A model generated the notes under the pieces. That model did not search any database and was not told where the DNA came from. It worked only from the letters and a program-made list of their open reading frames with translations. From NCBI RefSeq assembly GCF_033153115.1, contig NW_026889769.1, positions 2,852,001 through 2,916,000 of the forward strand: a DNA stretch of 64,000 nucleotides, given 5' to 3'. Made by a program: the position numbers and the translations under genes. Positions 36,653-50,278 of this stretch are shown here, piece by piece. This stretch comes from Saccostrea echinata (lineage: Eukaryota). Each line of letters starts with the position of its first letter. Within the stretch, counting starts at the first letter, position 1.

Positions 36653-39600
36653 ATGGCGATCTGTACACCAGGCAGTCAGTCTGAGGAGAAAGAAACAAGC
36701 AGAAAGCCGAAAGGTGAGGTTTTAGAAGAATCTGATTAAAATTTGAACATGTACATACCTATGAAATAACCAGAAATATGTTCTAATTCACTTGACCCAT
36801 TTGAAAAACAGAAAGAGTAAAGTGGTAGCTATGGCTGAATGTAAACAATGTAACACTCGATCAATTATTGAATGTAAAGAATTTTTAATGTAATTGAATT
36901 TTTCATCAAATGTAAATCGTAATATTCAGACTGTGTCATTTTAACACTTGACATTTAGTGCACGTTGCATGTAAAATGCGTTGTCGTGTGAGTTGAGGGT
37001 GTAATGTTGATATACTTACACGTGTATTAGAATAAGCTGTGTCAGGGGGCAAGCCATCACATTACACCGGGTCTATCAATACCAATTTCACAACAGATCA
37101 TTCTATCTAACTCTTGTATCTCCTGGATAAAGGCTTTGAACAAATAAACATGGTTTGTCTTTGGAAAGTATTTATAGACTTTGATTATCAGACTCGAGAA
37201 CCAGTTGCAGTAGCAGTCAGCAATGTAACAACAAGAACAGTGAGAATTCAGCCTAATTCCATCATAGCTGAAATACAGTTAGTCACTATACAGGGATTAC
37301 CAGAGCAACCAATAGCAGAAATTACAATAGAGAAAGAGGTGTTAAATATTGCAGAGGATAATTTAACAGAGGATGAAATTACAGTAGCCAAAGAGATGAT
37401 ACTTAGAAATAGAGACATTTTTGCATGGAGAGATACAGATCTAGGACACGTAACATCAGTAAAACACAAGATAGAACAAACCCAAACCCCCACCATTTTC
37501 CATCACATTTATCCTACAACATGGATAACCATTGTAGAAACAAATATATGACAGTGATGTTTTCTAGGGGAAAACAACAAGAAAAGGAAAAGGAGCTAAA
37601 AGGTGTTACAATTAAGATTGGGTATATTTAGTCCAGTATCAATTTAACCAAAGAATACCAATTCTCTCAATAAACTGAGTCAAAATATTTTGTTATACCC
37701 TAAAAGGTGTTTCCTCTATAAATCTATAGTTAAAAAAGTCTAATATTTCAAATGTTTTTTTGAACCGTCCAAAAAAATGATGTTGGACCACTGAGTGAAT
37801 ATTTGGACCTGATACCTGATTGTGGACGGCTATGATTTTTTTTACATCACACTGTAGGCGGAATCAGCTATATCTTATCAATTATTGCAAACATGGAAGC
37901 CAGCACAACATATGTCAAAATAAAGAGTAAAAGGTATAACAAAACATTTATTGGCTGTGTTCTTGGGCAAAATGTGTTTTGTCAACCCTTCGAACCAAAT
38001 TGTTTGCCTTTAGCCTAATAGCCCCAGGTAAACAATTTTGTTCTTGGGTCCGATGAAACGCATCTTGCCCTCAATCCCAGTTAATAAATGTATATTTGCA
38101 AAGGGATATATATGAATTTACTACACAAAAATGTGGTAAGACGTATTGTCTCACATGTTAAATAGCATTTTATAAAGTTATGTTTTTATTTGTTTTTGGA
38201 TATAGACATTATTTTTTTTATTGTTTTGGATGTAGACACGAAGTTTAAACAACAGAAGTTACCAGCATGGCAGCCCATCCTGACAGCTGGAACAGTCCTG
38301 CCTGCCTTCTTTGCCATTGGGATTGCATTTATTCCTCTTGGAATAGCACTCCTGGTAACTTCAAATGGAGTAAGTACAATTTTGACTTTAAAAAGAGGAG
38401 TTATCACAGGTGTGTTGCATTTTTAGGTTAAGTAGGTGTCAGGTGGACTCATAAATCTCAACTTGAACCAAAAATGTCAAGTTGTAACCAACAGGTGGAA
38501 GTCTAGTCACAACCAGGACTCTAGTTAAAAGATGACATTATTCTTCTAAAAGATAACTCTAACTTTTTACCAAACAATATGCAGTAAATATTTTAACCAA
38601 ATATTGATACATATCCAGAAATGTTTGTGCATATTAAATAGATTAAGATGTGAAAAAAACATGCAGGACATCATTCATTAACTTCAAACATTAGTTTGAT
38701 GAACAATTACATGAAACTTGACAGACTGAACATCTAATGTGAAGGAAATTAAAAGTCCTGTTTCAATATTTGGAAAAGATGACAATTCAAAAAGACTAAT
38801 TTACTTTTACTTTTTAATATATCTTTGCTTTATCAGCACACATAACCACTACCTGCCCCCTGTTAAGATTAGTGAAAATAATACATGTGTCTTTATAATC
38901 AGCAATTTGATATTATAGGTTATGGAGAAGGTGATGGACTACACATTTTGTTATGACAAATATGACAACACTACAACCTGTGCATCAAAGCTGGAATCTC
39001 TGGGAACCAATGTATCAGGACATGTTTGTTACTGTGAAGTCACCTTTACACTTGATGAAGATTTTCCAGTATGTTTTTAACCTTGATGCAAATCAATATT
39101 GTATAAGTATTCTCCATTGTTTTCACACCCATATCAGGAAGAAAATTATTAATGTTTGAGATGTTCAATTTATAGTATTAACATCAACTGACAAAGTGTC
39201 AAGAAAAATAGTTGCACATGTATTTTCACACATAAATGGAACAAGTCTTCAAATAGGATATACATGTACTCTGTTTTGCAGAAAGATGTATACATGTACT
39301 ATGGATTATCCAACTATTACCAAAACCATAGACGTTACGTAAGGTCACGCGATGACAACCAAATACACGGGGATGCAGTAACAGCAAGTTCTCTGAACTC
39401 GGACTGTGAACCTTATAGAACTAAGTCCATCAGCTCCAGCGAGACATTACCCATAGCACCCTGTGGAGCTATTGCTAACAGCCTCTTTAATGGTATGAAA
39501 TAATATGAAAACAGGGCAGATGTTTTTATGATTTTAAACTTTAATCTTCCTCTTTTTTTTTTCCAACTTTCTGTCTTAATCAGGATATTTTAATTCTTTA

Positions 39601-42600
39601 ATTATTTGACAAGGATTCTCATTTATCATTGATTTAAATCTATAAAAATGCAGTAAATTTTTCCATGTTTTCTTGTCGTGTATATCTTGTAATTGTGTGT
39701 TGAAAGAAAATAATCACAGGGTTCTCCACATTTGAAAATTTAACCATGGAGGAAGCTGCTCGAAGGCGCAATGCGACCAAAAACACGAATGCATGTTAGA
39801 CTTCCTAACCTTCATTAATCAATGATTGGTTAATTCACAAAACTTAACCACTGCAGCACAAAAAGTTGAAATAACCAATAATTTTTTAAGCTAAAAAATT
39901 AAAAATAAAAAAGGATTATGTATCTTAATTACTCTACAAATGTACCAAAATTGTCCAAAACTGTAGGAACATTTTGAAGGAATTTCAAAATAATATTTTG
40001 ATAGAGTAACCATGGCAACAGTTTTCAAAAACTGATATACAGAATTGATGTTGCCTGTTATATAAAACGTTTTATTTAAATATGACTAAAACTGATGAAT
40101 TGGTAGTACTTTTAAAAAAAAGTTAAAAGACACACAAACAAACGAAAGCCGACATCCTACTAATGCCTAAGCTTTTTATATTTTAACTGCATGATAGAGT
40201 ATGAAAACTTACTGGTGGCATACATGGTAAAAGTAACTTAGTATAACCAGGGGTATTAATTTGCATTACTGTAATTTTGTTTTCACTATTATGTCTTTTT
40301 CTTAACGTTATTTTTTCTACATATTGCATTTTCGCTGCCATTGTTTATTCCTCCACGTGCCCGTGCTAAAAATAGCGCCACGCGAAGTTTCATAAAAACG
40401 GGAGGTAACTCTAAAACTAAGACGACGATTGGCACTTACGTAGGCCTACATTTTATCAGAAAGATAATAAAGTTAATACTTAAAAACAAAGCATGAGGAA
40501 TTAATCGCTCATTTTTTCTGGGCACACCTACTGCTCATTATGATCTGTTATCATATAGTGAACACGTTGGAATTTCCCGAAATTACATGTTTGTGTACTA
40601 CATGTACAGTACAGGATAATTAATTCTCAAGATATTGATCTTCAGCTTATTGACCCTCCATTGTCACGCTTCACATTCACAGCATAGTCGCCGATCAGCG
40701 ACGATGTTTGTTTAGCACAGTCCGCTTTCCCTTGAGGCATGCCAGATGCATGGCAGTCGTAGTATAAACACAATTAACTACTCAAGTCATTAAAAAGTAG
40801 GTGTAAATACTAAAATGCAATAAAAATTTAACCATGGCGCGGCGGCCGCCGATTTTAACCATGCCGCAGCTCGTTTAACCATGGCGCACATAAATTTAAC
40901 CATGGCGGGCCGCCATGGTAAAACCCCTTGTGGAGAACCCTGAATCATTTTATCAGAGAATTTGAATAATTAGATTTTTTTTATTATTTATGTACTATAT
41001 ATTTAAGAATTTACAATTATTTTCCAGACTCCATCAGCATAAATTACAATAATAATGAAAATATAAGCCTAATAGCAACAGGAATTGCCTGGTTCTCAGA
41101 CAAACAGGATAAATTTAACAACCCTGCAAGTAAGTGAAGAAAATGTGCATAAACTCTTACACATATCCTTAAGAAAGTTGAGTTATACCTGTCTACCCAT
41201 CCATGTATCACGCTTCATTGTCAGAAAATCCTATAATTTTTAGCTCACCTCGACAAAGTCGAGACAAACTTATGCTATACCCTGGCATTGGAGTTCGCAT
41301 TTGTGTCCTGGTTTAAGTTTTAGGAGCAAGTCAATTCCCAAGTGTAAGTACATGTATAAGTCCTACCTAGACCAAACTTGCATGGATGATGCATCGAGGG
41401 ATGCACACTACCTGACATGCTTCAGATATTGGATCTGACGTACATTTTCTGGATGAGTGACCAGTTAATGTTTTAGGAGCAGATCAATTCCTAGGTCTTT
41501 ATAAGCCCTACCTAGCCCAAAATTGTGTTTGGAGCAGGTCCATTCATGTATCTATAGCTCCTACCTGGACTAAACTTGTGTAGATGTGTCTAAGGAGCAG
41601 ATGTTTAGTTTGAGACTCAGTCTAACTTATAGATAACATTCGTAGAGGTGTGATTTGTAATTTTTAATTATCTTTGTTTAAAACTCCAGTATTTGTATTC
41701 ATACATAGTAGGCACAATCTACATATAGATAGAAAAAAAACCCTCTTAGATTTGGAATTTCTTGTTAAAATAAACATCATATTTATTGATGTATTGTATA
41801 GGCATACTGTTGGTCTTTTGATTTATGTAATGTTTATGTTATCTGCTTTCGAAGTTTTATGAATTCTTTCTGTAGGCTGGGCTGGGTTTACTAATCCACC
41901 AAACTGGAATGATAAGTATGTCTACAACTTGAGCACTGAGGCCAACAACAATGGCTACATCAACGAAGATCTAATTGTGTGGATGAGAACAGCTGCTCTT
42001 CCGAACTTCCGCAAACTCTACCGAAAAATCAACCATGATGGAACATTTAAAACTGGTCTACCAAAAGGAAGCTACAAACTTCAAATAGAATATGGTACAC
42101 AGTCTTTAGCAATGTGCAAATTATTTTTATAGACGTGTGCTTTTTTATGAAGGAGTCAATATTGTGAAATCACTTCGTGTTGATTATACTTAAATTTTAT
42201 ACGGGGTATATAGCATTTGATCTTTGATCAGGATTAAGGAGAAAATGTTGCATTTTCATAAGCATAGTACATGTACATAAAATATCACTGATATATTAAA
42301 AAGAAAAGTATTTGATATTTATCACTAAAAGCTATGCAATGCACTGGTGGAAATGTTTGAAATGTTTTAATCTTTTTCAGCTTATCCAGTGACCTCCTTT
42401 GATGGGAAAAAATCCATCATCTTAACAAACACCTCCTGGCTTGGAGGGAAGAATCCCTTCCTTGGAATAGCCTACATTGTGACAGGATGTCTGTGTGTAC
42501 TTCTGGGTGTCATTTTTCTCATCATTCACATTAAATATGGCAAAAAGTGAGTACAAAACCAAGAAAAAAAGCAAACTTCTCAAGGGTCTTAATTCTTACC

Positions 42601-45600
42601 TATAACAGTTCATAACTGTTAATATATATCTCAGTTTCAGTAATGTTATCGCATCTCGTAATTTCTGGGGTTTTTTTTATGTTTTTAAATACTAACATTC
42701 ATTTCCTTCATTTTTAACAACAGTATAAGCAGCACATTTTTATTCTCATCATTTATATTTGATTTTAATATATTTGATTTACTTTTTGTTTCCGGTAAGT
42801 ATTGATATTAGTACAGTAACATGTACATAAACTTTTAAGTTAAACCATATCTTGTTATCATAAATTAAAACAAAGTGAAACTTTGCTCACAGTCCAGCCC
42901 ATCCTGTTGACAGTCTTGACACTGAGGCAAGTCCTTATAACTGCTAGATATCTGTTTATTAAGGCAAGTTAATAGATGCTAGTCTGACCCTCTTGTGGTG
43001 TTCTGGCCTCCATATATATAAAGCAATCCCTGAGAAGATGTGTGATAAGAGCTGAAAATTTCATTTGGGTAAAATGCATGCAAATGACACATTTCTGTAT
43101 AATGTATAATTCAGTCACACATACATGAACCAGTACACACATATTATCACCTGGTAGTCATCTGACCTTGTGAACTCTGTTCATTACTACAAATCTGTTT
43201 ACTTCACCACTCACATGCACATGCATTCAACATTGTAGTACAAATATTTCAGTTGAAATGAGACTTTTTTCACTTCATAGTATGTTTCCAGTTTATGTGA
43301 ACTAAATTTAAATTCAGTTTTTAGACTTTGGGGGGGGGGGGGGGGGATGGGGGAGAGACAAGATCAATAACTGAAATTGCTGTAAATACACTTCATAAAT
43401 AAGTCTGACCAATTAGAAAACATTTTTTTTTATATACCCAGACAGAGAGGATTTTCCACACCAGGCCATCATTAAAAAAATTTTGTTTTATGTATGTCAA
43501 CCCATATTTTTCAAGGTAGGAAGGTATCATCTAACACATTGATAATCGTCAGTAAACTCAGACTTACAAATTTATTTATATTTTCATTTCAATGTATACA
43601 CTAGACAGCTAGACAAATTTAATGAGAAAACATTAACTTTAAAAATGATATAGACAATCTGTATTTTCTTAAGAAAAAGAAAAAAGAAAAAAAAAGAATT
43701 TTAAAGTACTGAAAAAAAATGAACAGGTGGGGGTGATTTTGATGGGTCAGTTGGAGAGTGCATCAAACAGATGAATTTTTTATTGTTGGCCCCAACACAG
43801 AAATATATGTATAAAAAATTTAGAAAATCTGGTTTTGAAATTTGCCTCCCCCTTTTTTTTTCAAGAAAAGCATTAATTAAATCTTTAAAGAGAGATGTAC
43901 TGTGTATAAATAATCCAACATTTCCCACACATATACCAGGATCAAATGTGTAAGTTCCATCTTAAGTATATATGCACTGAGTGGTAATTTTCAGTCTCCT
44001 TTATACACAAGTTTAAACCAGAGATAGGGTTCTAGGTAATGTGAGACAAAATATAAATACCGGTACAATGAATATTCATTGATGTATATGAGGGTGATAA
44101 CTGATGAGAGAGCTTATGATAAGTCTTGGTGGTGAAGCTGCTGTAAAAAGTCATTATGTGCTTCCGTATCAGTTATCACCTCATAAATCACAAAATTAAC
44201 ACATCCCTATGATGTTTATACCTTATTATTATTTAGCATAGAAAAGTATATTTGTTCTGTGGGAAATACTTAACTATTTCAAAATATTCCTTTCATTTTT
44301 AGAGTTTCTGTGTCCAAAAATTCTTTATTGGGAACATATGCTTAGTGGGTGTTTTAAATGTTTTGTTTTGGTTTTTTTTTTTTTTTGATTAGCCAGAAAA
44401 CCTTTCACTTGTATAGAGTGTTTATTTCTTGTCATTTTCTGTCATTGATCTTGACTTCTAAATAAGGAAATCATGAATGTAGACCTGAAAATTGATTGAT
44501 CAGAAGACAAAGAACTTATTTGCTGGGTGTATTTACAGTGCTTTTTACTTATCATTGTTGACTTTTAATTTAAAATCATCTAAAATCTGATAAGTGTTAA
44601 TTTTATGATAAATGAAATTTGGAATGTTTGATATGAAATGATGCATAAATATTAACAAAACATGGTAAAGTATACCAAGTCTGACTACAGATACAGAGTT
44701 CTTTCATATCCCTGCTATCCCTGGCCATTTGTCACACTTTCTTGTCATCACAACTCCTACTTCATTTTTAGAGGAATTAAAAAAAAGAAGTCTGCGTATG
44801 ATTGCCCATGTCATGTAATGTGCAGCAAGGGTTTGGGATTTTGATTTCAGTTGCAGGGGGTTTAGAGTGCATGGTTTGAAAATAGGAAAATTGAGCATGT
44901 CATCAGTTCAACTCCTACGTATTTAGTGGTACATGTAGCAATAACCAATATATTTTGTAGAAATGTCATGTAGATATGCAAAGAAAACATCTCTGCCTCA
45001 AGATTCCACAGGTCTCAATATTTTATGTTTTGTTATGAAAACAAAGGATTTTCTAAATTTGAGTTTTGAAAATTTAGTTCCCTTGTGGAATGATCATGCT
45101 AAGTTGAACATGAAGATTTCAAATGCTGCAAGTGTCTAAAATTTTATGGATGAGTGATCAGGTTTAATTTTTTTTTTTTTGGCAATATTATTCCCAAGTA
45201 GGTATAATTCCTATATTAATCAGACTATCAAAGGATCATACTATCAATCATGATTTTGCATGATTCTGCATTTATTTTTATTTTCTGGGTGATTGATAAG
45301 CTTTTTCCCAAGTGATTTTAAAACTTGACTAATCTAGCATAAATGTTGCAACTTGGGATGCATTCTACCATTGAACATATTAGATACAACTCTACACAGA
45401 AATAACTTCAAAGGTGTTTAAAACAATGTCATACTATATGCATTTATTATAGTTATAGCTCAACTGATCAAAAAACAGAGGAATAATGTATGTTGTCTAT
45501 CTTTAAGTAATAATTCAAAACATGACTCCTTCTACAGTTTTTGTCTGATTTCAGTCAAAGAATGGGTGGACTTATCGCCCTATTTTGGATCTTTTTGCGA

Positions 45601-48600
45601 CTACTCTACCAAGCTGTAAATGAAGTGAATCCAAAATATATTACAAGCAATAGAAAGAGTTACGTATACATGGTTATATTAGGTAGAACATTTGTACAAA
45701 AGCAATGCCCTGTTGCCATGAATCAAAATTGAATCAATGATACATTAGTGTCGTCTTCCGGAATTTGGCATGTACCCGGAGTGGTTTTTAGGTCACGTAA
45801 TCAATATTAATAGGAGGCGGGGCTATCGATCGGCGTCATTGTTGACATCCCTCTCTCTCTCCCTCTCTCCAGAAATTCGAATATGTGTATGGCATATTAC
45901 AGCAATGTCAATATGACATTAAAAAGGAAAATGTGTGGACACGCAAAATTAAAACAACATATAATTTGCTAAATTCTGAAAACGGCAACCAAACACGCTC
46001 AAAGATGTGATTTAGAATGAGTCAGGTTGAAGAATACAATGTAACTGTTTTCACGAGTACACTCACAGGTGGACATCACGTGATGAATTGTAATATTTAA
46101 CGGTCAATCGAAGTTAAATCAAGGTTAACTCAATCATAACAATGGAAACGAGAACATTGTTTTGAACATGTTTTTTGTTAAATTAAGTGTGAGCGCACGT
46201 TTGTCGGCTCTTCTCCTTTTAATATGACATTATTTTGTTCAATATACAACTACAGTTTTCTTAAGAACAGCCGACAAACATGCGCTGACTATGTATTCAG
46301 ACGATGAAAAACGCGTGACCCTGATTATCTATTGATATTCAAGAAATCTTCAGGCACCATGCCTTCGATATTTATTTAGTTTACCTCGAAAAGAGCGTTT
46401 TAAATTCACATCTGTACCATGAATTCACGGTTAAGATATCGGGGATTTATATGATGGAAAGAAATAATCATTTTATGAAACTTTAATTTACGGCATTTTT
46501 TCTGGCCAGTTAATTCCTCCCATTCTTTAGTATACAAGTACAAAAAGATGTGTAATTCTTTCTATAGTATTTTGATTTTAATGAACAATGTTGCAATGGT
46601 TACTAAAAATAAAAGTTGCCTTGAAATTCTTTTAAAAATTGCTACTCTGCCTACCATTTTGATAGTGCCATAGCTACTACTAAATTTCTAGTACAGATGC
46701 TATTTGTCTCTTCCTTTATTAAACATGTAAGCACAAACTGGTAGAGCTACAGTCTCATCAGAAACCTCTGGTTGGTTTCTGTAAACTTAATGAGTACTAG
46801 GTTCTAATGGCTAATCACAGGTTTAAATATAGAAAAGGTGTTATGTAACGAAACTCAGAATATTAAAAAAATAACACTGCACTGTATCAGAGTGTAAAGT
46901 ATTAATTTTCATGCATGCCCACTTTTAAATTATGTTTTCTTTTTATACACATTGAATTTATGAATTTGTTTATATTGATGTATTTTCAGCTATTTTGTGT
47001 CACCTGTATAAAATAGCATATAAACATAAGGATCACTTTGTCTAGTGTCTGTCTGTCTGTCTGTATTAGATGATCATACTTTCACAACAAAAGTTCTTAT
47101 CCTATAACATATATAAATTAAATTACATTATCTTAAAACAAAAATCAAATAGAGTTTTAGTTAAGAGTTCAACTTCAGAATTGTCTTCTATGCAAAAATT
47201 GTGTAGTCTGTATCATAATCAGTCTTTATACCAATCTAGACAAAATTGATAATCCAAAAACTGGGCAAATCACATATGTAAAACATTTTGAAGTAATTTA
47301 CCTTTTTTATGTGTTCTACATTATTCATGATCCATCAGCTTCAGCAGCAAAAATTTTGTGTGACATGATGGGGTGGAGGAAATGCCCAGTGCTTGGATAC
47401 AGGGATAATCATGGTGAATTAATGAAAGAAATTAATTTTGTGGAAAAACTTTCAGCAATAAGCAGGATATATATGATTCAGTTCAGTTGAACCTCTAGTT
47501 TGTAATCAGTAATGTTATTTGTGTATTTATTAATAGAATTTCAGGTGAGCCACAGAGGCATCTTATCTGCTCTGTTCTCTTTTACTTCTACATATTAAGA
47601 ATGATGGCCCATTTGATTTGGATTTGACAGGAATCTGGGTGCACTTGAAAAGTGAAAATTTAAATTATCCATAACATGATAATTTAGCATTCTATTGATA
47701 CAATATATTCCTGTGATATAGGAAAGGGAAATATTTTTCTGATAATATTTTCAGATTTGCTATGAAATATGGCTAGATGAGTCATTTGGCACAAGATGTT
47801 GCATATGAAAACATGTTTTTTAGCTCATCTTGACAAAGTCGAGATGAACTTATGCTATACCCCCGGCGTTGGCGTCCCGGTTAAAGTTTTAGGAGCAAGT
47901 CCATTCCCAAAAAAGCCCTACCTGGACCAAACTTGCATGAATGATGCATCTAGGGATGGACACTACCACACTTGCATCGGATGCTTGATCTGACCTAGAT
48001 TTTCCAGATGAGTGACCAGGTTAAAGTTTTTGGAGCAGATCCATTCCCAAGTAACTATAAGCCGTACCTGAACCAAACTTGCATGGATGATGCATCTAGG
48101 GATGGACACTACCACACTTGCTTTGGATGCTGGATCTGACCTAGATTTTTCAGATGAGTGACCAGGTTAATGTTTTTGGAGCAGGTCCATTCCCAAGTAA
48201 CTATAAGCCCTACCTGAACCAAACTTGCATGGATGATGCATCTAGGGATGGACACTAACAAATGCTTCGGATGCTGAATCTGACCTAGATTTTCCAGATG
48301 AGTGAATTTTAGCCATATTTTAATCAAATTAGCATGGATGATGTATCTTAGGATGGACACTTTCAGACTTGTTTCAGATTCTGAATCTGACCTACATTTT
48401 CCAGATGAGTGACCAGGGTAATGTTTTTGTAGTAGCTGTATAATATTATGGGATGTTATGATTAAACTTGCATGGACGATGCATCTAAGGATGAAAACTT
48501 CCAGACTTGCTTTGGATGTTGGAACTGACCAAACTTTTCTTGATTAGTAAACCGATAAAAAGTTTTTTGAATAGGTCTATTTCCAAGTAACTATAAGTCC

Positions 48601-50278
48601 TTCTTAAACCAAACTGGTATGGATATTGATCTTGGGATGAACACTAACTAGAAAAAATATGATGTGAGATTTGCCTTACTTATAGATAACCTTCATCGAG
48701 GTGAGCTTAGTAATCTTTGATTACCTATGTTTTTCTATAATTTCGCTATTTCTGGGTCATCTCTCCTCTTCAAACATTATTTGTGTGCATTGTAACTAGA
48801 AAAAACATTGAGCAGACATTTGTAAAAAAATGGAGAAAAATCCCAAAGTTTAAAATAACGTTTGTTTGCCCTCTCTTAACTCAGGGTAAAAAAAATGGGT
48901 CAGTAGCTAGGTGAGAATGTTTTTCCCCAGAAAATTTCAACATTAATGCTGAATTTTCAAATCTATTTTCCCGAATGCATAAAAAAATAATTGCTTCCTG
49001 GAAGTTAAAAGAAGTTTTGAGTTGGCCATTTTTAGCCAGTTGGTTGGGAGAGGGCATCCAAACAAATTTTTAAAGATGGCCTAATCTCCTATATTGTGGA
49101 GTACCTGCAGATGACACATGTTCATTGGATACTCTTTGATAGCTGTTCTTACACATTGTTTTCACAAGACAGAACAGAAAATCATTTTCTATTCAAAATT
49201 TGTAGATTTGATGATGATGAAGCAGTAATTGGTATTAAAAACTTCTGTAAGTTTTTGTGGAAGATAATTATATGAGCTTCCTAGTTTTGGGGGTTTTAAG
49301 TTATTTTTATTCTTATACTGGCTTTCTTTTACACATTTGTAATTTTGTTTGTGCTTAAATATTATTAACACCTTTATAAGCTATTAATACAGCATTGTTT
49401 TTAAAGATAAAAAAGCTCAAGAGAATTGTTTTACTCACAAATTTGAAAGCTTTTGCTCTAAAACATTTCATCCAGCAACATTCAGTTAATAATTATTTAA
49501 GGTTCATTGATACTCTGATAAGAGAGATAACTCTTAATGACATAAATATCTATAATTCCTTTATAAATTTGTCAAGTTGAAGTGTCTTTTTTGTCCAATT
49601 TTGCCCCACAAGCCATGCTATAATAAGATTGATTGTATTTTACTTAACAAATACATTTCTCTAAGAAAATCACAAGAGTTAAGGAAACATTTTTTATGAG
49701 TGAACAGAGGGTTTATGAACCTTAATATTAATGACAATTTTAAAGAAAGAATATTTTTTTAAAAAGTCTTTGAATGAGAGCATTAAATATTAAAAAATTG
49801 GAAATTGTGTTAGCAGTACATGTACCATATTGATTAAATGTGATTAACAGATACTAGGTGTATAAATTGCACATGTACTGGTATATGTACCATATTGATT
49901 AAATGTGATTAACAGATACTAGGTATATAAATTGCACATGTACTGGTATATATACCTTTTCACATACTTTTCACATACTTGTAGATATTTGCACCTACAG
50001 TGGAGACACATTTATAACCCACCTACCCCAACCCCTCCAGTTCTTAGAATACATGTATATAAAATGTTGAAAAGTTTTTGAGTTATTGCACTTAATTGTA
50101 CTTGAATTTTAAATTTATACTTCTGAATTAATTTTTATTTTCATGTACTAATTATGTACTAAAATTTTTTTGTTGTTTTCACCATAAAAGGAAAAGATTA
50201 TCTGTTTTAAACTTTAAATTTGCTATTAATTTCAGAGCTTCTGATATGATCAACGTGACTGCCAAAACTCCATTCTGA
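36653..50278 (+). CDS. TMEM30A: CDC50/LEM3-family P4-ATPase flippase beta subunit, 361 aa; exons 36653-36713, 38236-38369, 38919-39068, 39282-39492, 41028-41129, 41876-42094, 42381-42546, 50236-50278
   Basis: Motifs [82 protein letters not shown]; phases consistent. The last exon ([14 protein letters not shown]) was chosen because it resembles invertebrate CDC50 tails as I recall them, and is less certain than exons 1-7. Confidence 0.92.
37170..37480 (+). mobile_element. Gypsy/Ty3 LTR-retrotransposon pol fragment (linker upstream of RT) in TMEM30A intron 1
   Basis: ORF 37114-37551 contains [35 protein letters not shown], the DxF..DLG.T..V.H.I segment typical just before gypsy RT; no RT core or LTR is present. 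Confidence 0.7.
39717..40942. mobile_element. Non-autonomous DNA transposon (hAT-like CAGGG ends), 14-bp TIR, 5-bp TSD AATCA
   Basis: AATCA|CAGGGTTCTCCACA ... TGTGGAGAACCCTG|AATCA; clustered subterminal TTAACCATG(G)C motifs. Confidence 0.85.
41238..41672 (+). mobile_element. Helentron-type element, family of 20021-20982
   Basis: TTTTAGCTCACCTCGACAAAGTCGAG 5' end; GACCAAACTTGCATGGATGATGCATC units; GAGGTGTGATTTGTAAT 3' end. Confidence 0.7.
47816..48733 (+). mobile_element. Helentron-type element with ~140-bp tandem units, family of 20021-20982
   Basis: TTTTTAGCTCATCTTGACAAAGTCGAG ... GAGGTGAGCTTAGTAATCTTTGATTACCTATGTTT. Confidence 0.75.
49820..49951. repeat. Recent 65-bp tandem duplication (2 copies)
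   Basis: ATGTACCATATTGATTAAATGTGATTAACAGATACTAGGT(G/A)TATAAATTGCACATGTACTGGTAT starts at 49820 and 49885. Confidence 0.9.

Noticed and set aside
45541-45732. Hydrophobic ORF after an AG at 45553-45554 as another TMEM30A tail
   Set aside because: Phase-compatible, but it would add a long unrelated hydrophobic extension running toward repeat-like DNA, with no supporting motif.
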